Assembly: GCA_951406725.2 (NCBI GenBank)
Contig: OX597831.1
Location: 48,422,001 to 48,486,000 of the forward strand
Direction: 5' to 3'
From: Octopus vulgaris
Lineage: Eukaryota
DNA: 64,000 nt
The position numbers were made by a program, and so were the translations under genes. The notes beneath the pieces are model-generated. The model did no database searches and was not told the origin of the DNA. It saw nothing but the letters and a program-made list of their open reading frames with translations. Below, one piece after another: positions 13,362 to 24,734 of this stretch (position 1 is the first letter of the stretch; each line of letters starts with the position of its first letter).

Positions 13362-13463
13362 AACTTTGAGTTAGTTATGAGACAAGGGAGCTCCTACATA
13401 GTCACTCAGCCTGCTATAAATAGCAGACAAATATCTCTAAAATCAAACGCACTGTTGTCTTAA

Positions 13464-14062
13464 CCCTTTAGCATTTAAATCAGCCATACCCGGCCGAAAT
13501 ATTATGCTTGTTTTATCTTCAAACTGGCCAGGTCCAGCCTCGCACACCTATCCTACAATGTCATTCTAAAAATTAACAACCACATCATTGAATTCTCATA
13601 GTTACAAGATTTTTTCTGGCACCCCATCGGTTACGACGATGAGGGTCCCAGCTGATCCGATCAACTGAACAGCCTGCTCATGAAATAAACGTGCAAGTGG
13701 TTGAGCACTCCACAGACACATGTACCCTTAACATAGTTCTCGGGGAGATTCAGTGTGGCACAGAGTGTGACAAGGCTGGCCCTTTGAAATACAGGTACAA
13801 CAGAAACAGGAAGAAGGAGTGAGAGAAAGTTGTGGTGAAAGAGTGCAGCAGGGATCACCACCATCCCCTGTTCGTCACCACCCCCTGCCGGAGCCTCATG
13901 GAGCTTTAGGTGTTTTTGCTCAATAAACACTCATAAACCGTGATTCTATGACCATGAGTCCACTGCCTTAACCACTGGGCCATTGCAAGACAATGCACGA
14001 TTAATTCACAATGTAAATAAATAAGCATTGCATGTGACAGAGCAATCTGAATGCTAAAAGGG
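13464..14062. mobile_element. piggyBac-like MITE interrupted by a SINE
   Basis: TTAA (13460-63)-CCCTTTAGCATT ... AATGCTAAAAGGG-TTAA (14063-66): TIRs starting with CCC, with TTAA target duplication. Confidence 0.7.
13610..13985 (-). mobile_element. tRNA-derived SINE (second family), with candidate 5-bp TSD caaga
   Basis: Homologous to 33018-33400 (-) and ~45335-45660 (+); caaga at 13605-09 and 13986-90. Confidence 0.75.
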
Positions 14063-14214
14063 TTAAAGAAGCTACATAGAATAATATAGCTGTGGATGAA
14101 TTAGAAGGGAAGGTCACAGCTGGATTGCCTTTGATGATTATGTGTTGATTTACTTGATCAAAGTTGACCTAGGGTTGAACAACCAACCAATTCAAAATCC
14201 ACTATATTCTACTA

Positions 14215-14290
14215 TAGTCTCAGGCCGACCAAAGCCTTGTGGCTGGGATTTGGTAGATAGAGACTAAAAGAAACCTATCGTATATGTGTT

Positions 14291-14345
<55 letters not shown>

Positions 14346-14860
14346 ACGTGTGTGCGCATGTGTATCTCTGTGTGTATGTCTTTGGGCCTGTGCTTGTCCC
14401 ACCCACCCACCGCTTGACAACCGGTATTGGTGTGTTTATATCCCTGTAACCTAGCAGTTCAGCAAAAGAGGCTGATAGAATAAGTATTAGGCTTAAAAAA
14501 AGAAAAAATGTCCTAAAGTCAACATGTTCAACTAAAACCCTTCAAGGTGGTGCCCCAGCATGGCCACAATCAAATAACTGAGATAGGTAAAAGATAAGAG
14601 ATAAATTATATATATATTTTATATTCTTCTTTTCTTTTACTTGTTCTAGTCATTTGACTGTGGCCATGCTGGGGCACCGCCTTAAAGGGTTTTAGCTGAA
14701 CAAACTGATGCCAGGACTTTTTTTTTTTCAGCCTGATACTTACTCTATCAGTTTCTTTTGCGCAAACTTCTAAGTTTTGGGGAAATAAACATACCATCAT
14801 TGGTCATCAAGCAGTTGTTGGTAATGGGGGTTAGGTGCAGACACAAAGACACATCTAGAT
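14215..14860. mobile_element. Two partial major-family SINEs, tail-to-tail (+ 14215-14600; - 14625-14860)
   Basis: Both match the major SINE body and tail, in opposite orientations. Confidence 0.7.
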
Positions 14861-14906
14861 ATATATACATTCCTATATATATATGTGTGTGTATATATGT
14901 ATATGT

Positions 14907-14995
<89 letters not shown>

Positions 14996-15025
14996 CATAC
15001 ACACATACATATATATATGTATATA

Positions 15026-15065
<40 letters not shown>

Positions 15066-15192
15066 GTGTAGGAAGAAATGGAGCTGAACGAAGATTTAAC
15101 AAAATTCCTTTTTATTATTTTCTACATATGTTTCAAAAGCTGCAAAGTCCCTAATTCGGATTGAATGAGTCCATTTTGCAGCCTTCTCTAGG

Positions 15193-16743
15193 ATGGGCAT
15201 GAGCATAGTTTTTGATAACGAACTTACCAAGGCAAATTTCTTAGATGTCACACTAAACCTGCATAGCGATTCTTACTGCCCCTACCACAAACCTTCCACT
15301 AACCTAAAGTATGTCAGTGTTTTCTCTAACCACGCAAAAACTATAACAGACAATTTAGTTAAAAATATTTCTCAAAGATTAACAAATTTATCTGCCAACG
15401 TCGACATTTTTAGGCAGAAAGCGGAATTTTATAATGCCGCCCTGTCAAAAGCCGGTTATAGGGAGAAGGTAGCATATATAGACCCGGCCCTTCCGAAACC
15501 AGCATTCTATCATCAGGATAAGTCAAGTTACAATAACATAAATAATATAAGTAGTGATGGTAGCCTGAGGAATGTTGATACAAGTACAACTAGCATAAAT
15601 AATTTGCGGACCAGGGGAGGCCATCGTAGGCCAAAACCCATTATTCAACCCAGAGATACCCACCTTAATGTTAGAGTTGACTCTCCGAGCCAGTACAAGA
15701 ACAGGAAAAACTATATTTGGTTTGTAATTCCCTTTGGTAAACAAATAAGATCTAACCTACAGTTGCAGTTTCGCCAAGCAATTGCCAGAAATTTTCCCAG
15801 AAATTCGAGATATTACTCCACTGTAAATTCGCACAAAGTTAGGATAGCCTTCTCCAATACTAAAAATCTTTCACAGATAATTTCCTCCCATAACAATAAG
15901 CTGCTAAATAAGGCCCTCTCACCCATGAGCGGAGACTCTGCTCCATCTAATTCCAACATAACGCGCAGTAATAATAATAATAATAATAGAACTGGCACAG
16001 ATATTAGCAACCTCCATACCAACATTGGAGTTAGTAATAGTAATAAGGATAAGAGCAATGATCTCGTCATTAACGTAGGGGGAGTAAGTAATGGTAATAG
16101 GGATAAGAGCACTGATCTAGTCATTAATGTAGGGAGTCCCAACAATAATATTAGCAGCGGTTTTAACAACGGTAGTATTACGGACATTATCAATCACAGC
16201 ATTCACAGTAACAGGGAATATGCAGGTGATATTGCCTTAAATAGTAATGATAATGGGGTGAATAATATCGAATCCAGCGGTAGTTTTTACAATCATCATA
16301 GTAATAAGAACGCTGTATTAATATCGGAAACCAATCCCAATAGATTAAGGTTCTTATCTAGTAACTCCAAGATTAGAAACGCCATTTACCAGTGCAGAGT
16401 TTATACTGATTCAGATGTCTACATTTATATCGGAGCTTCATCATCGAAATTGGCTGTTAGAATATCGAATCATTTTTCCACGTTCCGTGATAAGGAAAAG
16501 CAACACGCTACGGGGCTAAGCAAATTAGTCTGGCGTTTGAAGAACGCGAATTCAACTTTTAGACTGGAATGGTCAATTTTATCGGTGTCTTTACCGTTTG
16601 ATAAGGGCAAAAAAATCTGTGCTCTTTGTAACTCAGAACTCTTTCATATTCTGTTCGCCCGAGGGCACCTTGTTAACTCGATTGTGCAAAATTCTTTCAG
16701 ATGCCCCCACTGGAAACGGCATACATTTCTCTCATACCAATGA
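15193..16743 (+). CDS. Penelope-like polyprotein, C-terminal part (RT motif 7/thumb, N-rich linker, GIY-YIG endonuclease); N-terminally truncated
   Basis: 516 aa without a stop. 'NFLDVTLNL...PYHKP...YV...SNH' is the PLE RT end/thumb; 'AIYQCRV...IYIGASS...RISNHFSTF...TGLSKLVWRLK...EWSIL...CALCNSE...CPH' is GIY-YIG with a CxxC/CxH tail. The start ATG is probably an internal Met next to the inversion junction. Confidence 0.9.
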   Translation: MGMSIVFDNELTKANFLDVTLNLHSDSYCPYHKPSTNLKYVSVFSNHAKTITDNLVKNISQRLTNLSANVDIFRQKAEFYNAALSKAGYREKVAYIDPALPKPAFYHQDKSSYNNINNISSDGSLRNVDTSTTSINNLRTRGGHRRPKPIIQPRDTHLNVRVDSPSQYKNRKNYIWFVIPFGKQIRSNLQLQFRQAIARNFPRNSRYYSTVNSHKVRIAFSNTKNLSQIISSHNNKLLNKALSPMSGDSAPSNSNITRSNNNNNNRTGTDISNLHTNIGVSNSNKDKSNDLVINVGGVSNGNRDKSTDLVINVGSPNNNISSGFNNGSITDIINHSIHSNREYAGDIALNSNDNGVNNIESSGSFYNHHSNKNAVLISETNPNRLRFLSSNSKIRNAIYQCRVYTDSDVYIYIGASSSKLAVRISNHFSTFRDKEKQHATGLSKLVWRLKNANSTFRLEWSILSVSLPFDKGKKICALCNSELFHILFARGHLVNSIVQNSFRCPHWKRHTFLSYQ

Positions 16744-17334
16744 AGTCTAATATAGTTAACCCCTTGATTTCCTAAGAAAATTGAAAAAAATTTGAATTAA
16801 ATTTGTAAGGGGATATCCCTTCCCTGTTAGTATAAGAACTGCTAGTTGTCTAGAACTGCTGACATCCCTGACAGCAGCACTGTATCCTGCCATGACCATT
16901 GTGGACACCCCCTCTCTTTATCAAGTGGTTACAGACGAACACACAGACAGTCTTTTCTGTTGCTTGACCATTAATACCTGCTATATCTCTCTCTCTTGCT
17001 GCCTTCGAAACACACTGCCACACATACATAGACGCACACACACATACATGAAAGCAATTTCTCACACTCAAACACTCAGGCACTCATTCTTAAAATAATT
17101 CAAATATTAACACCAGTCATACAAAATACATTCACACTCTTTGATTTTCCTGTACTCCCCTTCTGCTAACCGGATTTTGACCTTGAATTATCTCAACGGA
17201 CCTTCTCGTCTGCTTTCACCCAGCCTGGCGTCAACGCATATAGATAGACAGTTTGTGCCATTTATTCCATGGGCTCCTCGTGAGAGTTTGTCGAAAAGCT
17301 TGCTGTGCATTTTGTTGGAGAATTTAGTTCCTGG

Positions 17335-17420
17335 ATTTTCCTGAAGAGAAGGCTGCAAAATGGACTCCTTATTCAATCCAAATTAGGGACTTTGCAGCCT
17401 TTGAAACATATGTAGAAAAT
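17335..17420 (+). ncRNA. Type I hammerhead ribozyme in Penelope pLTR
   Basis: AUUUUC-CUGAAGA-GAAGGCUGCAAA...UUUGCAGCCUUU-GAA-AC(AUAU)GU-A-GAAAAU. 6-bp stem I, 12-bp stem II, palindromic stem III; predicted cut after A17414; AATAAA follows at 17421. Confidence 0.85.
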
Positions 17421-17681
17421 AATAAAAAGGAATTTTGTTAAATCTTCGTTCAGCTCCATTTCTTCCTACACTAAATATATAAAACTTCAAATTTCCGCAC
17501 TAAGGCACGGATTTTAGGCCCCGTGGTCGTAACCTCAACCGTGCTTTTTCTGTTGTGATTTTTGATACCCAGGTATCAGTTAGCATTTGAATTATCCGTA
17601 ATAAGATAATTCATTTATCTACTTATATATATATATATGTATCTACATACACACACACATATATATATATGTATATATGTG

Positions 17682-17725
<44 letters not shown>

Positions 17726-18539
17726 CAACCGATGCTGATGTGTTTACATCCCTGTAACTTAGCGGTTCAGCAAAAAGGACTGTTAGAATAAGTACTAGGC
17801 TTACAAAGAATAAGTCCTGGGGGGCGATTTGCTCGACTAAAAAAGCAGTGCTCCAGCATGGCCACAGTCAAATGACTGAAACAAGTAAAAGAGTATATAT
17901 ATAAATACACACACACACACACATATACTCACACACAAATCTATCTATAAATATATATATAGATAGATAAACACACACACACACACACACACACATATAT
18001 TACTTGTACACACACACACATACACATCTCTATATATATATGTGCACAATACTATTTACCTGCCAGCAGAATTCCCCATTGATTTCTCTAAGTTCAACCT
18101 GACTTTTCCGTTCATTACTCCATGCTAGTTTCTCCAAACCTTTCATCATTATCTTAATTTATAATTAAGCCGAATCACTAATTTGTTTTCTTTCCAACAA
18201 TAATTACCTTATCACTTGATCTGTTTGTTTAAAACTCTTCATCTGTCCCTGAGTCACTCTGGCTGACCCTTGTATTAATCCATCTTTGTGAAATCCATCG
18301 ACTGACTTGATACACAGCCTTCTGCTGTGTTGTAATTGTACAAACCTTTTTTATGTGTCCAAGCAAAGAAAAGATTATTATTTGCTAAGGTTTTTTTTTT
18401 ATGGGAGCGAGAGATAGAGGGAGAGAGAGAGAGAAAGAGAGAGAGAGATGAATGCAATGATTGAGTTGTTATCTCGATGTTGTTTTTGTTGGATTGATTC
18501 TACACCATGTGTAAGAGAACACTAAATGTTGTTGCTGTT

Positions 18540-18564
18540 GTAGTTGTTGATGACGACAATAATA

Positions 18565-18596
<32 letters not shown>

Positions 18597-18835
18597 AAGG
18601 AGGAGGAGGAGGATAGTAGTGGTGCTGGTGGTAGTGGTGGTGGTGGTGATTATGGTGGTGGTCATGGTCATGATGAGGATGATGTTAGCAGTGTTGAGAG
18701 TGATGGTGTTGTTGTCAATGATGGTGATGTTAATGATGATGATGATGGTGACAATGATGTTCATGATGATGATGATGATGATGATGATGATGGTTAGGAG
18801 GAGGAGAAAGAGGAGGAAGCAGAAGAAGAAGAGGA
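18540..18835. repeat. Mixed trinucleotide (GAT/GGT/GAG) low-complexity tract
   Basis: Directly visible. Confidence 0.9.
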
Positions 18836-18929
18836 TTGTTAGTCGTTTTAAATGATCTCCATACTTATCTGAGTGGAGCTTATCATAATACCTCTGCCTT
18901 CGCTAAGACAGCGGTAATAATGATAATAA

Positions 18930-19300
18930 TAGCAGTACCAGGCATTGACTCTCTTGGCTTCTGATCTTAACTGATTGGAAGTGTTATCATGTATATATTT
19001 TGTCTTGGTATAAAAGATGGGCTACAACAAATATTCTGCTCAATACCACAGATTTGCTTCTCAGTTGCTTGACCTTAACCAGATGAGCATGTCCCTTAGT
19101 GGCTGACGATATGTGTATCTCTGATCATGAGCAGAAGTAGTGGGGGAGCATCATAGCCATATGTTGAAAGGAAATCTTTGGGGTTTGAATAATTGACCTC
19201 TGAAAACATGGGTGTTTTGTTTGTCATCCTTAAACAACCCTCATTCAGAGACTTTTTGAACAGGATGGGCTACTTGACCTGAAGAAAACATGCAGCTAAA
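18930..19300 (-). mobile_element. Dispersed repeat associated with (TAA)n tracts (retroposon 3' end)
   Basis: Homologous to ~32120-32720, ~37700-37800 and ~34560-34640; abuts TAA repeats. Confidence 0.65.
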
Positions 19301-19327
19301 AAGTAAATTACAGTGATGATGATGATG

Positions 19328-19358
<31 letters not shown>

Positions 19359-20272
19359 TAATGATATATTGTGCTGGTGTCACATGAAAAAATATTCAAG
19401 CGAGATAGTTGCCAGTGCTGGTGGACTGGCTCCTGTGCAGGTGGCAGATAATAAAAATCCATTTGAGCATGGCCGTTGCCAGTACTGCCTGACTGGCCCT
19501 CGTGCCAGTGACACGTAAAAGCACCCACTACACTCTCAGAGTGGTTGGTGTTAGGAAGGGCATCCAGCTGTAGAAACTCTACCAGAGCCTGGTGCAGCCA
19601 TCTGGTTTTCCAGTCCTCAGTCAAATCGTCCAACCCACGCTAGCATGGAAAGTGGACGTTAAACGAACAATGCCCTCTGTGTGATTTGAACTCAAAGCAC
19701 AGAGATTTAGAACAAATATTACACAGTAATTTGTTCTATGTTCTAACAACTCAGCCACTTTGCTAGTTATGAAGCAACTCCTACGTGAAAATGAAGCAGA
19801 TATGTTGTACTAACACCAGCTTTCACTTTCACAATGACACAGTTGCACACATCTTAGGAACAGTGAAAGGCAGCTAAGTGAAACAGTAGAAGCTTGCAAG
19901 AAACTGTGGACAAGATGACAAATATAATAATTAGTGTAGTATTACCTGGGGATATAGAGTAATATTTCAATATCTTGAAATGCTAAAATGGAAATAAAGA
20001 ACAGTAAATGTTGATAAGCCTGGAACTGTAATTATGTTAAAATGTAAGAAGATAGATACAATACCTGCAGTCTTCATGAATCTTAAGAATGGTTTGTAAT
20101 AGACAAAATTTATGGTTAGCTTTCTTTTATCTTTTACTAGTTTCAGTCATTTGACTGCAGCCATGGTGGGCCACCATCTTGAAGGACTTATTATCTTTTT
20201 GAAGCCTAGTACTTATTCTGTCAGTCTATTTTGCCAGACCACTAAATTATAGGGAAATAAACACACCACCAC

Positions 20273-20408
20273 CATTATTTACATTATTTACATTTGACAG
20301 ATATTTGTCCTCATTTTGTTTGTTGTTAATCCGTTTCGGCTGATATACTCTTCAGCCTTCATCAGGTGTCTTGGGGAAATTTCAAACCTGGGTTCTCATT
20401 CCTAAGGT
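20273..20408 (-). mobile_element. Second, truncated copy of the hammerhead tail of the 12956-13361 element, inserted in a SINE
   Basis: Reverse complement matches ~13190-13328; splits a minus-strand major SINE (~20126-20455). Confidence 0.8.
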
Positions 20409-20487
20409 TGTCAAGTGGTGGGGGACAAATACAGACACAAAGACACACACACACAGATATATACCTGTTGTAATTTAGTCATCCATA

Positions 20488-20900
20488 GGCACAGGAGTGG
20501 CTGTGTGGTAAGTAGCTTGTTTACCAACCACATGGTTCCGGGTTCAGTCCCACTGCGTGGCACCTTGGGCAAGTGTCTTCTACTATAGCCTCGGGCCAAC
20601 CAAAGCCTTGTGAGTGGATTTGGTAGACGGAAACTGAAAGAAGTCTGTCGTATATATGTATATATATATGTATGTGTGTGTGTTTGTGTGTCTGTGTTTG
20701 TCCCCCTAGCATTGCTTGACAACCGATGCTGGTGTGTTTATGTCCCCGTTACTTAGCGGTTCGGCAAAAAGAGACCGATAGAACAAGTACTGGGCTTACA
20801 AAGAATAAGTCCCGGGATCGAGTTGCTCAATTAAAGGCGGTGCTCCAGCATGGCCACAGTCAAATGACTGAAACAAGTAAAAGAGTAAAAGAGTAAAAGA
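20488..20900 (+). mobile_element. Full-length major tRNA-derived SINE with internal (TA)/(TG) microsatellite and (GAGTAAAA)n tail
   Basis: A-box-like 'tggctgtgtgg', B-box-like 'gggttcagtcc'. Related copies at 48892-49308, 44848-45260, 46530-46966, 42313-42675, 50250-50780, 54835-54995 and 47730-47885. Confidence 0.85.
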
Positions 20901-21054
20901 GTCTGGTATGATATTTTTGAATAATATTCCTTCTTCAGATATTCTTAGATGGAGTCGCTGGAAGGTGCATCGTGAGACCACTGCTGAGACACTTCCACAA
21001 TATAAGAAAGAAAAGCCGTTAGAAAACCGATTATAGCAGCGACTTCATCTAAGA

Positions 21055-21091
21055 ATATCTGAAGAAGGAATATTATTCCGAAATATCATAT
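21055..21091 (+). ncRNA. Minimal type I hammerhead ribozyme
   Basis: AUAU-CUGAAGA-A-GGAAU(AUU)AUUCC-GAA-AU-AU-C-AUAU. Mutated mirror copy in the left arm (~20905-20945). Confidence 0.65.
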
Positions 21092-23139
21092 CAGACTATG
21101 GATGACTAAATTACATCAGGTATATAGCCCATGGTCTATATTATAGTGCATTGTTGCCCTGTACCTATAGATACATTTTGTTATTGGAAACTTCTGGAAT
21201 ATCAGAAAACATAGGAAATCTATGGTATAAGTCCTTAGCAGCAATTTGTCTGTCTTTACATTCTAGGTTCAAATGCCGCCAGGGTCAACTTTGCCTTTCA
21301 TCCTTTTGCAGCAAAATCTTTAGTGACATTTTGTCCATCATTATGATCTGGGTTCAGATGCTGCCAGGGTCGACTTTGCCTCTTGTCCTTTTGAAATTGA
21401 TGAAAGAAGTCCCAGTTGAGAACTGGTGCCAACATTGCTGGCCTTGTACCGAAATTTGAAACCAATATTAATAAATTTATTACCGTCATCATCATTGTTG
21501 TAATTGTTGTCATCGTCATTGTCATTTTGGTGTTTACTTTTCCATGCTGGCAAGGGTTTGATGGGTCTGTTTGAGGCAGTTTTATGGTCGGTTACCCTTC
21601 ATGGTACCAACCCTTTTACTTGTCTCTTACAACAGACAAGTAATACACATCGCCAATGCTCAAAACCTGAGATTTAGGTGATGACCGTGGTAATGTGTGT
21701 ATTATTCATATCAAAGGATATGATGGTGCAAGAAATGAGTTGTTTTTTTTTGTTTGATTCTGGGTCACTATTGGTTAAGCTGATCTATGATCTAAGAAAT
21801 TCTAGCTGTAACTATCTTATCTTTTACATATATATATATATATAGAAAATCTGGTACCAAATAATCCAATGTGTCCTATTTTAAGACAACTGTGTATGAT
21901 TGTAGGATATTTGGCTACTGTTTCTAGCTGGCTCACTGAGCATGTAAAGGCTCCCTCACTGTTTAATGATTGTTTTGGTGAATTTAAAAGAGACAAAATG
22001 ATCCTCTTCCTATTGCATACATACATACATACATACATACATACATACATACATACATACATACATACATACACACATACATACATACATACATACGTAC
22101 ATACATACATGTTCTTATACTGTATTATAAATAATTTTTCTACTTTTGTTTTGTTTTTTTTTCTTTGGTAGCTGCTTCTTAAAGGACAATTTCAACAGTT
22201 CCTGAACTCGGCCTGTCTTAGATTATGTGGATGGACAGTTTGACTTTTTCATATTCAAGAACAATTTAGTTCAGTTCTTTGTTAATAATCAATCATCTGA
22301 GATAGTTGTTTTGTATGTTGTTTTTTATTAAGTTGGCAAAAAAATGAAATAAAATAACCAACAAAAACAACAACAACAAAACCTTCAATTTGGAGGAATT
22401 CAATTTTTATCTCACTTTAGTCTGATTTTTTGTTCAACTATTTTTATTAAATTAACATAAAATTTCATGCTCCTTTATAATATTTTTTGAACAATATATC
22501 CAAGTGTAACTGATTGTCTTCTTCCATATTTTTTGATAAATGTTTTCAAATTATTTGCATATCTTGTTTTGAAAGAACTGGCTCTCATCTGTAGCCAACG
22601 ACCTTTCAAACACTGACTGTAAATCATTCACATCATTGTTTATTAATTACCAATTAAACAAGGAATATTATCTTTATTCTTTTTACATCTATAAAGACAT
22701 TTTAATTAATGCTCAGAACCAAAATTTGCTTCATAGAAAGAAAATAACAGTAGACTCTTTTTCATACAATTTTACATAAGAAATACAATTCAGAGATTTA
22801 TGAACATATATTCTCAAAAAAAAAAGAAAGCAAATATTTTTCAAATTCTTCTGGGTGTTTCAGCTAACACAATAAAATTTGTTACACCATTATTTAAAAA
22901 CTTCTCAATGGAGGATTTTTGAAAATGTTTATTCGATAAAAAATAAAAAAGATAAAAGTACAAACAAAACAATGCAATAATACAAAGGGGTTTTACGTGA
23001 CGAAACAGAATTTTCTTAAATAATTTCTTTGCTTGCTATTTAGAATAGATATTTCATAACATTTAAGGCAATGCCTGAATATATTACTATATTTTAAATT
23101 TCAAAGAGACACTACCACTAGATTGCTGTGAGTTGATTG

Positions 23140-23140
23140 A

Positions 23141-23171
<31 letters not shown>

Positions 23172-23259
23172 TCTTCTTCTTCTTCCACTTCTTCTTCTTC
23201 CACTACTACAACTACTACTACTTCCACTATTACTACTATTACTACTGCTACTACTAGTG

Positions 23260-23296
<37 letters not shown>

Positions 23297-23331
23297 CACT
23301 ACTACTTCTACTACTACTACTACTACCACTA

Positions 23332-23363
<32 letters not shown>

Positions 23364-23409
23364 ACTACCACTACTACTACTACTTCCACTACTTCCACTA
23401 CTGCTACTA

Positions 23410-23442
<33 letters not shown>
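23140..23442. repeat. (CTA)n/(CTT)n/(CTG)n trinucleotide tract
   Basis: Directly visible. Confidence 0.9.
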
Positions 23443-24674
23443 AATAAATCAGAACTGTTTCTGAGCACAATAAAAGCCATTTTCTATTCGCTGCTTTGCA
23501 GTCTGAGTTGACAAACTTTGTGCATAGATTCATTGAAAGACGGCACTCAGATGAAGCTTCCATTCAACAAGTTTATATACTCTTTGAGAAACTGAATCAT
23601 CAGTATACTGATATCCATTTTAAGTGGTTAAAATTACTGATACTCTGATATCAAATTTAATAGATTTCTTCAATAATTCATTTTTAAATATGGCTCTATT
23701 TTTTGGTGACCAAAAATCATTTGTATTCCTTCCGTTTTTCATATTAATTATTCTTATTGCTATTGTCTTGTATGATCTGGTTGGTTTACTCTTGAGGATT
23801 GCTTTAAATACATAAAACCGATTTCTAACATAGGTATAAAAAAATGATTTTATTACTATTTGAGGTTGACTTTGCCTTTCATCCTTTTGGAGGTCAACAA
23901 AAAGTACTTTGTTGAGTACTTTGGTCAATGTAATCAATAAGTTTCCTTCCTCACAAATTTTAGGGTTTGTGCCAAAATTTGGAAGAATTATTACCATCAT
24001 TAGATGGTGAGCTGGTAGAATGATTTGTGTGGCAAAGAAAATGTTTAGTGGCATTATTTCTAGTTCTTTCTGTTCTGATGTCAAATCCCACCAAAGTCGG
24101 TTTTGCCTTTCTTTATTTCAGAATTTACTAAAATAAAGCCAATAGAATTAATTCACTTTCTTCCCCACGACTAAAATTTACTGACTTTGTGCCAAAATAT
24201 AAAACTACTGTTCTTCTTATTATTATTAATCTTCTTTGTGGTGAGATAGTGTATAGAAAATTAAATCCACCCCAGAACTCAACATGGTACACCCAATTTT
24301 ATGTTATATACAACCTGGAAGAATAAAAGACAAAAACTGATCTCGGTGTGATCTGAACTCAGAACAAAGAGGATTATGAAAAAATATCACAGGATTGTCC
24401 AACACATTAATGACACTGCCAGTCCCTCAGCTAAGCTTTAATTACATTTGATTCTACAGGAAGGTTTTTAATCAATGTGTTCTATTGTGGTGTAATGGAA
24501 ATTTGAAAACTCAAATGAAACAAGAAAGAAGCCATTTTGCATATATATATATATATATAAACACATGATATCCATGCTCTAGCATGGAACATGGATATTA
24601 AATAATGATGATTAAATACATGCATACTCGATTTTAAAATTTTCCCCCTGTGTGTGTATGTGTGTATATATATA

Positions 24675-24692
24675 TATATTATATAAAATCCA

Positions 24693-24734
<42 letters not shown>

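Larger units (their letters stand above)
15056..17623 (+). mobile_element. 5'-truncated Penelope-like retroelement with inverted partial pseudo-LTR, inserted in (TA)n
   Basis: Inverted repeat ~15056-15189 vs 17345-17480 (near identical); ORF with RT C-terminus and GIY-YIG; HHR in 3' pLTR; (TA)n on both sides. Confidence 0.9.
20458..21130 (+). mobile_element. Fold-back hammerhead element (Penelope pLTR-like) whose left arm is split by a SINE
   Basis: Left arm 20458-20488 plus 20900-20960 is the reverse complement of 21037-21128. Confidence 0.7.

Noticed and set aside
15813-16193. Antisense Leu-rich ORF
   Set aside because: Shadow of the Asn/Ser-rich insert on the sense strand.
15193-16743. 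Stand-alone or domesticated GIY-YIG host gene
   Set aside because: The ORF begins within RT motif 7 at an inversion junction and has a pLTR and HHR; 5' truncation of a PLE is the simpler explanation.
18507-18855. Poly-Asp/Met/Gly ORFs (likewise poly-Thr/Ser/Leu at 23087-23563 and poly-His at 58584)
   Set aside because: Trinucleotide repeats open in most frames; no domain or splice support.
23502-23648. Possible coding exon after an acceptor (SELTNFVHRFIERRHSDE...)
   Set aside because: Short, unrecognisable peptide with no partner exons identified.
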